This document shows positions 48,597 to 58,001 of a DNA stretch of 64,000 bases, piece by piece. The translations under genes and the position numbers were made by a program. Origin of the DNA: an uncultured Gammaproteobacteria bacterium (GTDB lineage: Bacteria; Pseudomonadota; Gammaproteobacteria; GCA-001735895); assembly GCA_964196115.1 (NCBI GenBank), contig CAXMRQ010000181.1, positions 223-64,222 on the forward strand, given 5' to 3'. Position 1 is the first letter of the stretch. Each line of letters starts with the position of its first letter. The notes beneath the pieces are model-generated. The model saw nothing but the letters and a program-made list of their open reading frames with translations. It did not search any database and was not told the origin of the DNA.

Positions 48597-49724
48597 ATGA
48601 TAATTTCCAGTGCCTTCGACGCAGGCAATATCGAGTGCCTCGATGATAGCGATGCGAGCAATGTCGTATTACATATTCGAGCCGACAATCAATCTGATTT
48701 TTATCAATGGTTTTATTTTCGTGCGGCCAATGTAAAAGGTCTCGACTGCCGATATGTCATCGACAATGCGGCGGGTGCTGCTTATGTCGGCGGTTGGAAG
48801 GATTATCGGGCGGTAGCCTCCTATGATCGCGAATACTGGTTTCGAGTCGACACCTCGTTCGATGGCAAACAGTTGATTATCGAACATACCAGCGAGCAGG
48901 ATCAGGTTTACTTCGCCTATTTTGCACCCTATTCGATGGAGCGCCACGCCGATTTAATCGCGTTTGCGCAATCGAGTGATCGTTGTCAGGCCGAAACACT
49001 TGGCCATACGCTAGATGGTCAGGCCATTGACTGCCTGCGCTTCGGCGAGCCCGACGATGCAAAAAAAGTAATATGGATGGTAGCCCGTCAGCATCCGGGA
49101 GAATCGATGGCGGAATGGTGGATGGAAGGTCTGATCAACCGACTGGTTGATGACAGCGATCCGGTAGTTAAAGCGGTTTTAAAAAAAGCCGTGATATACC
49201 TGGTGCCAAATATGAATCCTGACGGCAGTCGACGTGGTCATTTACGCACTAACGCCGTTGGTGTAAATCTGAATCGTGAATGGCACGCTTCGAGTATGGA
49301 GAAGAGTCCGGAGGTTTATCACGTGCTCGAAAAAATAAAAACCACTGGCCTCGATTTCGGACTCGATGTGCATGGTGACGAAGCCTTACCCTATAACTTC
49401 ATCGCGGGCACCGAAGGTATTCCAGGCTGGAATGATGCGCGCCAGAAAAAGCTCGATCTTTACAAAAATACGCTGGCAGGCGTCAACCCCGATTTTCAAA
49501 CCGAAAACGGCTACCCATCCAATAGGGCCGGAAATGCCAATCTGAGCTATTGCTCAAATGCGCTGGCGGAAATGTTTAATGTCCCCGTGATGACACTCGA
49601 AATGCCATTTAAGGATGCCGCCGACACGCCCGATAGCGAGCAGGGTTGGAGTCCGGAGCGTTGCATGAAGCTGGGTGGTAGTTGCCTGGATGCGCTGCAT
49701 TTGAGCTGGAATGAGATGGTTTAA
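48597..49724 (+). CDS. M14-family zinc carboxypeptidase (MpaA-like murein peptide amidase candidate)
   Basis: Zinc ligand motif QHPGESMAEWWMEG (HxxE), a second His in ...LDVHGDE... and a cytoplasmic M14 architecture. Confidence 0.65.
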   Translation: MIISSAFDAGNIECLDDSDASNVVLHIRADNQSDFYQWFYFRAANVKGLDCRYVIDNAAGAAYVGGWKDYRAVASYDREYWFRVDTSFDGKQLIIEHTSEQDQVYFAYFAPYSMERHADLIAFAQSSDRCQAETLGHTLDGQAIDCLRFGEPDDAKKVIWMVARQHPGESMAEWWMEGLINRLVDDSDPVVKAVLKKAVIYLVPNMNPDGSRRGHLRTNAVGVNLNREWHASSMEKSPEVYHVLEKIKTTGLDFGLDVHGDEALPYNFIAGTEGIPGWNDARQKKLDLYKNTLAGVNPDFQTENGYPSNRAGNANLSYCSNALAEMFNVPVMTLEMPFKDAADTPDSEQGWSPERCMKLGGSCLDALHLSWNEMV

Positions 49725-49743
49725 ACAATGCCTCGTTAACACA

Positions 49744-49810
49744 CCGATTATCTCGTAGGGTCGAATTTATTCGACCAATAATAATTATCCAGATTTATCG
49801 GTCGAATAAA
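49744..49810. repeat. REP-like palindromic element, copy 3 (inverted pair gtagggtcgaatttattcgacc / ggtcgaataaatttgaccctac), bidirectional terminator-like between convergent genes
   Basis: Same family as 2519-2575 and 7914-7969. Confidence 0.7.
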
Positions 49811-49845
49811 TTTGACCCTACAGCCGGAATGACCAATAAATCAGG

Positions 49846-50907
49846 CTACATTTCCCCCGGCATTTCCACATCCAGCTTTTCCGCCCAGGGTTTTAAATCT
49901 TGCATTATCGTCGGATACAACTCGACTCCATTGGTCAGTTGTTGCTGACGACTCTGCCAGGCGCGTTTACCTGGAACGCGTACGGGATCGTCGCCCGGTC
50001 GCGTTGCGCTGTTTTCACAGAGAGATTTAATCGCTTCGGCCTGGCGTTTGAAATCAATCAATGACCCAAAAGCCTCCGGATCGAACATCTGTATAAACAC
50101 CGAATTCGCCTCACCATCGGTGGCTGTGCTGTCGTCGGCTCGCCCGTATCCTCCCAGTCCCATGCTGAGAATTTCGGTCATTAAAGATAGCGCGGAGCCT
50201 TTATAACCATGCGACAAACCACCGACTGGTAGAATGCTACCCGGGGGCTCGGCGAAAAATACCGCCGGGTCGTCGGTGACTTCGCCGTTATGATCTTTGA
50301 GATATTTACCAGGTAATTTTTCGCCTTCGCGCAGTGCGCGACTGATATATCCGCCTGCGGTGATACACATGCTAATATCGAATAAAACAGGATAGTCGTC
50401 TCCCGGCGCGACAAAAGCGAGTGGATTAGCCGAGAATACCGGGTCGATGCCACCGTGCGCGCAGACGTTATTTTCGTTTGGTGACGAGCAGGTAATTATC
50501 GCAACGTAACCTGCCTCGGCGATTTGCGGGCAGTAAGCACCGAGGCTGGCAATATGCTGGCTGCGTCGAATCGTTGAGCAGACAATACCGCGCTCCGTCA
50601 CACGATCCATGCATTGTTTGATCGCCTGCGATACTACCCAGGGGCCGGGCAGAAAATTGGCGTCCCAGTTAAACAGGTTACCGCGATCAGCCAGAACGGT
50701 GGGTTCGCCGTTAATTTTCGATTGCCCTTGCTCTAACCAGGTTAAATTGCTCGCTACCCGGTTCATACCATGAGTGGTGAAGCCGAGTAGGTCGCCCTCC
50801 AGAAATACCGATGCCATCACCCGGGCGCGTTCTGTAGAAAGCCCGACTGCTTCAAATAATGAGGATGAGAATTGGAGTAAAGAATCGTAAGAATAACGGT
50901 CAGGCAT
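49846..50907 (-). CDS. Ldh_2-family (malate/L-lactate/ureidoglycolate dehydrogenase-type) NAD(P)H-dependent oxidoreductase
   Basis: ...GFTTHGMNRV... and ...SQHIASLGAY... blocks typical of the Ldh_2 family. Confidence 0.7.
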   Translation of the reverse strand: MPDRYSYDSLLQFSSSLFEAVGLSTERARVMASVFLEGDLLGFTTHGMNRVASNLTWLEQGQSKINGEPTVLADRGNLFNWDANFLPGPWVVSQAIKQCMDRVTERGIVCSTIRRSQHIASLGAYCPQIAEAGYVAIITCSSPNENNVCAHGGIDPVFSANPLAFVAPGDDYPVLFDISMCITAGGYISRALREGEKLPGKYLKDHNGEVTDDPAVFFAEPPGSILPVGGLSHGYKGSALSLMTEILSMGLGGYGRADDSTATDGEANSVFIQMFDPEAFGSLIDFKRQAEAIKSLCENSATRPGDDPVRVPGKRAWQSRQQQLTNGVELYPTIMQDLKPWAEKLDVEMPGEM

Positions 50908-50998
50908 GGTCAGAAAATAGCGGTTAGTGAGCGTTAATCATAGCAGTAGTGTCTTGTAAAAACCCGATGGGTTGAGTTAAATTTGGGGCACAAAGGTG

Positions 50999-51129
50999 AA
51001 TGGCACTTACTTAAGGCCGTCATTCCTGCGAAGGCAGGAATCTATTGGGCTTGAAAGTGTTGTTTTAAAAGATTCCTGCCTTCGCAGGAATGACGAATTT
51101 CTTGTTTCGGTACTTAAGTAAGTACCATT
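50999..51129. mobile_element. 131-bp MITE-like element with 17-bp terminal inverted repeats (aatggcacttacttaag / cttaagtaagtaccatt) carrying two inverted copies of the cattcctgcgaaggcaggaatg motif
   Basis: The inverted repeats have one mismatch. Internally, gtcattcctgcgaaggcaggaatc (51030-51052) is mirrored by gattcctgccttcgcaggaatgac (51072-51095). Confidence 0.65.
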
Positions 51130-51133
51130 CGGG

Positions 51134-51874
51134 TCAACGGTCGATTTGATTTTCAACCATTTTTGCTTGTCTCAGGGCAAGCTTGATAATGGTTGAAATA
51201 ATACCGATCCCTGCAAACAACACACCTTTAAAAGTACCGCTGATTTTCGATTGCCCGACTCGTCGGCGGTAGTGCACCGGTACTTCAGTCATTCGTAGAC
51301 CAAATTGAATGGCTTTCACCTGCATTTCCACAGTCCAGCCGAAACTACGATTCTGCATGTCGAGTTTTTGTAGCGCTTCGAATCGAATTGCACGAAATGG
51401 ACCAAGATCGCTGACTGCTATTTGCCAGATCAGGCGAATTAAAAAACTCGCCAGCAGGTTGCCAAAAAGCTGGGGTGGGCTCATCGACCCTGGCTCCCGC
51501 AAATGCTGCTTTCTCGATCCAATGACCAGATCCGCTCCGTCGTAGATCGCACTCACTAAATCTTTAGCTTCGTCAACCTTCAGCGACTGGTCTGCATCAA
51601 TAAATACGATGATATCGGTTTGGTCAATCGATGATAATGCCGCCAGGCAGGCCGCGCCGTAACCCGCACAGGGCTCAAAAACCACTTCCGCACCTCCTCT
51701 GGCAGCAATGGACTGAGTATCGTCACTTGACGCGTTATCACAAACCACAATTCGATCAAACAGTGGTTCACCATCGATATTCATGACTGCCCTGATATCC
51801 CGAATTACCAGGGCAATCGCTAGTGCCTCATCCCTTGCCGGGACTACCGCGACGATATGGTGATGCTTAAACAT
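51134..51874 (-). CDS. family 2 glycosyltransferase (polyprenyl-phosphate sugar synthase-like)
   Basis: GT2 motifs VVPARDE, CDNASSDDT and FIDADQS. Confidence 0.8.
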   Translation of the reverse strand: MFKHHHIVAVVPARDEALAIALVIRDIRAVMNIDGEPLFDRIVVCDNASSDDTQSIAARGGAEVVFEPCAGYGAACLAALSSIDQTDIIVFIDADQSLKVDEAKDLVSAIYDGADLVIGSRKQHLREPGSMSPPQLFGNLLASFLIRLIWQIAVSDLGPFRAIRFEALQKLDMQNRSFGWTVEMQVKAIQFGLRMTEVPVHYRRRVGQSKISGTFKGVLFAGIGIISTIIKLALRQAKMVENQIDR

Positions 51875-53285
51875 GGTGGGGTATATATCGGGATTGCTTT
51901 TTCGCCGTAAAATTATCGATTAGTAGTAATCCGCACACCGGCAGGTACTGTAGCCAGACGATATACTGATCGAATAATTCTGCCTGCCCGCGCACGTCGA
52001 AATGAAATCGTAAATAATAAATTGGCATTAATGCGGTCAATAATAACAGCCCTCGCTGTGGATAGAGGCACAGTAGCGGGGCAAACCAGATTGCATACCA
52101 GGGATACTGCGTCGGGCTGAGCAAAAAGAGGGCGGCGATTAACCAGCAAAAATGCTTAACCAGTACTTCATTGCTGACTGCTTGCCGGAGGTTTAGATAA
52201 GCGGCTAGACCAGCAAGAAAGCTTACGACCAGGGCTCTGGCCAGCAACGCGGTGTCAAGGCTGCCGAAAGGCATCGCCACATAATGTGCGAATGTTAAAA
52301 ATAATTGAAACAAACCGGTATTTCGTTGCCAGCTTTGCGAATATTCTGAAAGTCCCGAATCTGTGCCCAGAGCAAAATAGAATAGAGGGCCAATCACGAT
52401 TAACGTCGTAACAGTGGTTACCAACAAAGCGATCGCCAGATTTCGCGGATTTGCCAGCAGAGGTCTTAGGCCAAAAGGCAATAGCAACAATGGCCAGAGT
52501 TTGATTCCAGCCGCTAAAGCTAGTAGGACACTGGCGAGTAACTGTCGCCTGCGTAGAAGCAGTAAAACTGTTCCGAGAATCAGCGGCACCAACAGGGCGT
52601 CCATATGTGCAGAGTTGAATATTTCTTTGATAACCAGTGGATTCCACCAATACAGCGTCGACCAGAGCGGCGAGCGTTTTAAATCGCCTAATAAAACTAG
52701 TAGCAGACAGAAACTGCTAATTTCGAAGATTAATAATAGCAGTCGCCAGACATCCAGATTCCAGGCATCGACCCAGCTTGCAAAGGCGAACATCATCTGT
52801 GCCAGTGGTGGGTAGATGGTTTTCAGATTGGCGTAATTGATTCGCTCAAAAACGTGACCGGCTTGCTGCGACAGAACCAGAAACCTGCTATCAAAGGTGA
52901 CATTTTCAGGCGCGAGCAAATAGGGGTTATAGCCCTGTGCGACTACCGAACCGTCCCACAGATAGCGATAAAAATCGACTTCGAGAATCGGCGTTGTATC
53001 GAATAGTAAAATGCGCATCGCTAATCCTGATAGCAGCACCAACAATAGCGTCACTCTACCCGGCGTTATTTGCGGTATCAGCCGAGGTAGTGAGAGAAAT
53101 ACCAGGCCGACGGCAATTTGCGACGCCACAAAGGGTAGGATTGGTGTATTAATTAGATCAATTTCAAACAGGAACCGATCGGAAATCAGGCGCAGGAAAA
53201 TCGTTTCTAAAACTAGCAACAGCCCAATACAGGCGAATATTGCAGTCGCCGGCTCAATCGAAACTATGGTGTGTCTGATACGCAT
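51867..53285 (-). CDS. polytopic membrane glycosyltransferase-like protein (ArnT/PMT/GT87-like)
   Basis: A 472-aa protein with at least 10 TM helices. It is translationally coupled to the GT2 gene, whose stop overlaps its start. Confidence 0.5.
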   Translation of the reverse strand: MRIRHTIVSIEPATAIFACIGLLLVLETIFLRLISDRFLFEIDLINTPILPFVASQIAVGLVFLSLPRLIPQITPGRVTLLLVLLSGLAMRILLFDTTPILEVDFYRYLWDGSVVAQGYNPYLLAPENVTFDSRFLVLSQQAGHVFERINYANLKTIYPPLAQMMFAFASWVDAWNLDVWRLLLLIFEISSFCLLLVLLGDLKRSPLWSTLYWWNPLVIKEIFNSAHMDALLVPLILGTVLLLLRRRQLLASVLLALAAGIKLWPLLLLPFGLRPLLANPRNLAIALLVTTVTTLIVIGPLFYFALGTDSGLSEYSQSWQRNTGLFQLFLTFAHYVAMPFGSLDTALLARALVVSFLAGLAAYLNLRQAVSNEVLVKHFCWLIAALFLLSPTQYPWYAIWFAPLLCLYPQRGLLLLTALMPIYYLRFHFDVRGQAELFDQYIVWLQYLPVCGLLLIDNFTAKKQSRYIPHHV

Positions 53286-54157
53286 TAACTACCCCGGCTA
53301 CCGACGCGCCCGGCCCCATGATCCTTAGCGTTTGGATCGTTGATCGTCCAGTCGAAATGATGCTGACTAATTTTATACTGGCCCTCCATAGACGTTTTCA
53401 GTTTGGCATCGGCATATTGGCGTAGATGTGCGATGACGCCAGCGGCGTTGCCACCAAAATCGTCCTGAAACCAGCTATAAATACTTGAGACCCGCAACAG
53501 GCTATAGTTAATGCTAGCGCCCCGCGGGTGGTTAATAAATTCGCGAGCCGCCCGATCCAGCATGAAATCGATATTTTCGGCGCTAAACGCACTAGATTGT
53601 AAGTTCGGACAACCGATAGCCGCGCAATTAACCGAATAGTGAATTCTCGGGTCTTGCCAGATAGGCCGCAGGATGCGATGTTCGATATCGTCGAGGGTAA
53701 GGTTCTCACCTTCGATTTTGATTAGGTCGTCGCGCCATGGTCCTGACGAAAACAGGCTAGACGAAATCTCACGGATAGTACTCACCGGATAATGTTGCAG
53801 TATTGTGTCTACAGTGAGCGAGTTGTATAGATTAATCCAGAATGCGAGTTGCTCATTGCGATTGAACTCACTTATAGGGGTAGTTGCCATCGCGGCTAAA
53901 TATGACCGTAATTGCAACTGATCGGCTGCTGTCACCTCAGCATAGTTAAAACGGTTTACATTGTCTTTTTTAACTAATACATAACGATGGAGTAATTCGT
54001 TCCATGCGCTGTGGTCGATAGTACGAGTCGAACCGGCGTCGTGTTTAGCCCAACGCGGCCACAAATCCGCCGAAGGTGCAGCCTGTAATTGACTCGTTGT
54101 TACCGTGATTAAAACGAACAGACACAGGCTTAAAAGATTTTTGGACTGCCTAATCAT
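53285..54157 (-). CDS. DUF547-family protein (signal peptide)
   Basis: AFWINLYNSLTV motif characteristic of DUF547. Its start overlaps the stop of the upstream gene. Confidence 0.55.
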   Translation of the reverse strand: MIRQSKNLLSLCLFVLITVTTSQLQAAPSADLWPRWAKHDAGSTRTIDHSAWNELLHRYVLVKKDNVNRFNYAEVTAADQLQLRSYLAAMATTPISEFNRNEQLAFWINLYNSLTVDTILQHYPVSTIREISSSLFSSGPWRDDLIKIEGENLTLDDIEHRILRPIWQDPRIHYSVNCAAIGCPNLQSSAFSAENIDFMLDRAAREFINHPRGASINYSLLRVSSIYSWFQDDFGGNAAGVIAHLRQYADAKLKTSMEGQYKISQHHFDWTINDPNAKDHGAGRVGSRGS

Positions 54158-54297
54158 AGTGGCACCTACGCTACATAAGTTGGATTGATTTGTCGATGTC
54201 GAGCAGTTTTGACCGGGACCAGTTGTTATTGTTCCTTAGTCCTGTCCCATGTTGATAATATCACGACGGTATAGCAGCTAAAGGCGCCTACTGTTGG

Positions 54298-54334
54298 TGT
54301 GCATACTTTCATGATCCAACTGCGGTTTCTAGGT
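54298..54334. repeat. repeat gtgcatactttcatgatccaactgcggtttctaggtt (family W). An inverted copy lies at 63321-63357 and a partial direct copy at 63485-63503.
   Basis: Read directly. It is preceded at 54277-54300 by a copy of the gcgcctactgttgg motif. Confidence 0.65.
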
Positions 54335-54406
54335 TTGACAGGGGATATTGCCGCAGATCGAAACAGGGCGTATATTTGCGCGCCTAAATCGTTAAACCAG
54401 GATTTG

Positions 54407-55753
54407 ATGAAAACCGAATTACTTTGCCCTGCAGGCACACTGAAAAGTATGCAGTATGCCTTTTCTTATGGAGCCGATGCAGTCTACGCGGGCCAACCGC
54501 GTTATTCCCTGCGCGTTCGAAATAATGAATTTAACAAGCTGGAAAATATCGCCAGCGCGATTCAGATAGCGCACGAGAAAAACAAGCTGTTTTATATCGC
54601 CAGTAATCTCGCCCCGCATAACAATAAGGTGCGAACCTACCTGCGCGACATGCAGGAAGTCATCGAAATGCAACCCGACGCGATTATCATGTCTGACCCC
54701 GGTCTCATCATGATGGTACGCGATCGTTGGCCTGAAATACCGGTACACCTCTCGGTGCAGGCTAATGTGGTTAATTTCGCGTCGGTCAAGTTCTGGCAAT
54801 CGCTGGGACTGACTCGCATTATTCTGTCGCGCGAATTATCGCTGGATGAAATTGCCGAGATACGTCAGGAATGCCCCGATATTGAACTGGAAACATTCGT
54901 CCACGGCGCGTTGTGTATCGCTTACTCGGGGCGATGCCTGTTGTCGGGTTATATGACGCATCGCGATTCCAACCAGGGTGCCTGCACTAACTCATGTCGC
55001 TGGAAGTACGATGCACACGAAGCGGAACAAACGCTGGAAGGCGATATTGTTGCCAAACACCCCGACGATGGGGTTGAAACTTACCTGCCTTCAGGCACCG
55101 AAGATCAGGTTTTTCTATTGCAGGAACAGGGCCGTCCGGGCGAGTACATGCCAGCCTATGAAGATGAGCATGGCACCTACATTATGAATTCCAAAGATCT
55201 GCGCGCGATCCAGCATGTACAACAATTGATCGATATCGGCATCGACTCACTCAAAATCGAAGGACGTACCAAGTCACATTTTTACGTGGCCCGTACTGCA
55301 CAGCTATACCGCCGCGCTATTGACGATGCGCTTGCAGGCCAGTCATTTGATATGGACTTGATGGTTCAACTAGAAAGCCTGTCCAATCGTGGGTACACGG
55401 AAGGGTTTTACCGGCGTCATGTGCCGAAGGAATTTCAAAATTACGAAAGCGGTCATTCGGCATCGCATCGACATCAGTTCGTTGGCGAGATTACTGCGCT
55501 CAATCCGGACAATAGCCTGTCGGTCGAAGTCAAGAATCGATTTGCCGTGGGAGACACGCTGGAATTCATGACACCCGAAGGTAATGTCGAGAGCACCCTG
55601 GATACCATGTACCAGGAGCGCAACGGCGATCCGATAGAAGTAGCTCCTGGCAGCGGTCACCGGGTGCGTATTCCGCTGCCGGAGAATGTGCCGGTTAATG
55701 AAATCACCAAAGGATTATTGTTACGTAATCTGGAAAAATCGATTTGTAGTTAG
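54407..55753 (+). CDS. U32-family peptidase (YegQ/TrhP/RlhA-like)
   Basis: MKTELLCPAG... N-terminus, the conserved ...HGALCIAYSGRCLLS... block and the Cys cluster CTNSCRW. The ATG at 54407 was chosen. Confidence 0.8.
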   Translation: MKTELLCPAGTLKSMQYAFSYGADAVYAGQPRYSLRVRNNEFNKLENIASAIQIAHEKNKLFYIASNLAPHNNKVRTYLRDMQEVIEMQPDAIIMSDPGLIMMVRDRWPEIPVHLSVQANVVNFASVKFWQSLGLTRIILSRELSLDEIAEIRQECPDIELETFVHGALCIAYSGRCLLSGYMTHRDSNQGACTNSCRWKYDAHEAEQTLEGDIVAKHPDDGVETYLPSGTEDQVFLLQEQGRPGEYMPAYEDEHGTYIMNSKDLRAIQHVQQLIDIGIDSLKIEGRTKSHFYVARTAQLYRRAIDDALAGQSFDMDLMVQLESLSNRGYTEGFYRRHVPKEFQNYESGHSASHRHQFVGEITALNPDNSLSVEVKNRFAVGDTLEFMTPEGNVESTLDTMYQERNGDPIEVAPGSGHRVRIPLPENVPVNEITKGLLLRNLEKSICS

Positions 55754-55786
55754 GGGGACTGGTGATTATCACGCTGTCATTATAAG

Positions 55787-55883
55787 ATTCCTCCCTTCGC
55801 AGGAATGACGGGGTAGGGCGCAGTCATTCCTAAATAACTCATCACCTCGAAATAACTCATCATTCCTGCGCAGGCAGGAATCT
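55787..55883. repeat. cluster of cattcctgcgaaggcaggaatg-family palindromic repeats (three units)
   Basis: gattcctcccttcgcaggaatgacg at 55787-55811, gtcattcct at 55824-55832 and catcattcctgcgcaggcaggaatc at 55859-55883. Related copies occur at 51030-51095 and 61265-61286. Confidence 0.65.
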
Positions 55884-55915
55884 TACCAAATCAAGTTTAA
55901 TTGCCTTGAATTATC

Positions 55916-57259
55916 TTAAAAATACCAGGCCAACTGCATGAACACCGATTCACCAACACTTAACGGCTGCCCCGGAACACCCGAGTCAATGCCGCCGAAT
56001 TCCGAGCCATCGTCGCCTATCGGAAAATGAGCAGCTATCAGCAATTGTAAATTTTGCTGTAAGTCGTGTTGGCTCATAATCTGTAGCATTAGCGAACCAT
56101 CGTCCAGGTTGACAAAAACATTCGGCGTGAACAACCACAGCGGCGCCAATTCAATCGTCGCCGATGCGGCCAGATAATGTTGCCCGAGGGTAAACAGTTC
56201 TCCACGGGCTATGCGTTGCAGCAACTCTGGATGGGCACCCAGGTTAACCGGACTGTAATCGCCATCGTCGATGCCGAATCCGTTACGGTAATATTCCACC
56301 GCCGCGCTGACGTTTTTATTCCAGGCAACCCAGGAGTAGGAAATATTGATTACTCCGCTAACCACAGAGTCGTTGGCAATATCGGCTACTACGAGATCAC
56401 TGCGCCATATCGCCCCGCCTGCGTTGACAACCGCGCCGAGGCCAATGGTGCGATGATCGAAATGTTCAGCGAATAACATATCGAATTCGTAGTCGCCCAG
56501 AAACCAGTGGTATTTGGCTGCGCTGGAGGCGACGTCGGAATCGATATCACCGTTGGTATCGCGCCGCCCGACCCAGACAGCCTGTAGGTCGTTGCCGCTA
56601 TCGAACAGGTATTGGCCGTAGATCATATCGTCGCCGGTTTTATATTCTTTATCGACAGCGGCCGGGTCGAATGGGTTGAAAAAGTCCATCGGGTTATAGA
56701 TCAATCCATTCCCCCAGGAGATGGCCTGGCGACCTATCTTGAAAACGGACTGGTCGGAGCTGTAGTTGACATACAGTCGATCGAGGCGATGCGCGGTGAT
56801 CGAACCATCATCCTGGCTAATAATATGGGTTAAATCCATTAATCGCGTTTCATCGTCGGTTATCAATTGCGAAATAAATCCAAAACCGGGGTTTTGTTGC
56901 AGCATTGAAATGGCATCGCCGGTTTTGATTATCAGTTGATAGTCGGCCTGCAATGCCCAGGCGTCTTTATAAGCGGAAATATCTAAACGCAGGTCGGCGT
57001 TGTTGTCCCAGGCCGGGTCATCGGTTAAGTTCTGAAACAGGCTGTCGGTTGGGTAATTGGTTAGAAGAGACTGGTACTTGATGTGGCCTTTGTAGTGGTA
57101 GTCGGGTGTTGCTGATGTTATAGGTGAGGTTATAGTAATTAGAGTGAACAGGGTTGTTTGGAATAATCTTTGGTAATTGAAATCGAAGCGAGTTGCAATG
57201 GATGCCGACGATCCGACGCTTCGCTCAAGCCCGGAATGACGAAGGCGAGGAACAGTCAT
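55916..57259 (-). CDS. putative outer-membrane beta-barrel protein (last gene of LolCDE-like operon)
   Basis: Ends with an aromatic residue (...LAWYF) and has alternating amphipathic stretches. Its 5' end overlaps the ATPase gene stop. The N-terminus is uncertain. Confidence 0.4.
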   Translation of the reverse strand: MTVPRLRHSGLERSVGSSASIATRFDFNYQRLFQTTLFTLITITSPITSATPDYHYKGHIKYQSLLTNYPTDSLFQNLTDDPAWDNNADLRLDISAYKDAWALQADYQLIIKTGDAISMLQQNPGFGFISQLITDDETRLMDLTHIISQDDGSITAHRLDRLYVNYSSDQSVFKIGRQAISWGNGLIYNPMDFFNPFDPAAVDKEYKTGDDMIYGQYLFDSGNDLQAVWVGRRDTNGDIDSDVASSAAKYHWFLGDYEFDMLFAEHFDHRTIGLGAVVNAGGAIWRSDLVVADIANDSVVSGVINISYSWVAWNKNVSAAVEYYRNGFGIDDGDYSPVNLGAHPELLQRIARGELFTLGQHYLAASATIELAPLWLFTPNVFVNLDDGSLMLQIMSQHDLQQNLQLLIAAHFPIGDDGSEFGGIDSGVPGQPLSVGESVFMQLAWYF

Positions 57260-57984
57260 CGCGTCCCCGACTCAGGTTCAATTTCCCCACCCACAGTCGG
57301 CAGTTGCACTTCATCACCCATAATTTTGCCATCCTGCATCTTTATCAATCGCTTCGCATATACCATCACGCGTGTATCGTGAGTAGCGATAATGAAGGTG
57401 ATTTTATGATTCCGGTTCAGCTCGGAAAATAAATCCATCAATTGCGCGGATGCAACGCTATCCAGGTTCGCGGTGGGTTCGTCGGCTAAAACCAGTTTCG
57501 GCTTTGAGACGATGGCGCGAGCGACCGCTACGCGTTGTTGCTGACCACCAGAGAGTTGTGCGGGCCTGCGGTCTTGCATGCCTTCGAGCCCGACTTCCTC
57601 GAGGATATCCAGCGCCTTTTGCGCCCGTTCATGCGTGGCTACGCCCTGCACCTGCATCACGAATTCGACGTTTTCCTGCGCGGTGAGTACTGGAATTAAA
57701 TTGTAAGCCTGAAACACGAAGCCGATATTGTGCAGGCGCATATCGGCGAGTGGGCCTTTGGCTAGCAGATCCACACGGATTCCATCCATGTGGATTTCGC
57801 CGCTATCGGGTGTATCCAGACCGCCGATAGCGTTCAACAGAGTGGTTTTACCCGAACCCGATGGACCCGACAGGCAGACGAATTCGCCTTCGTCGATAGT
57901 GATATCAACATGATCAAGCCCGGTGATGATCTCATCACCTTGCTTGAAGGTCTTACACAACTGCTTGCATTGTATCGAACTCAT
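57256..57984 (-). CDS. ABC transporter ATP-binding protein (LolD/MacB-type)
   Basis: Walker A GPSGSGKTTLLN, signature LSGGQQQRVAVARA and Walker B LVLADEPT. Confidence 0.8.
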   Translation of the reverse strand: MSSIQCKQLCKTFKQGDEIITGLDHVDITIDEGEFVCLSGPSGSGKTTLLNAIGGLDTPDSGEIHMDGIRVDLLAKGPLADMRLHNIGFVFQAYNLIPVLTAQENVEFVMQVQGVATHERAQKALDILEEVGLEGMQDRRPAQLSGGQQQRVAVARAIVSKPKLVLADEPTANLDSVASAQLMDLFSELNRNHKITFIIATHDTRVMVYAKRLIKMQDGKIMGDEVQLPTVGGEIEPESGTR

Positions 57985-58001
57985 GATTTCGTCCAGTCCT
58001 G

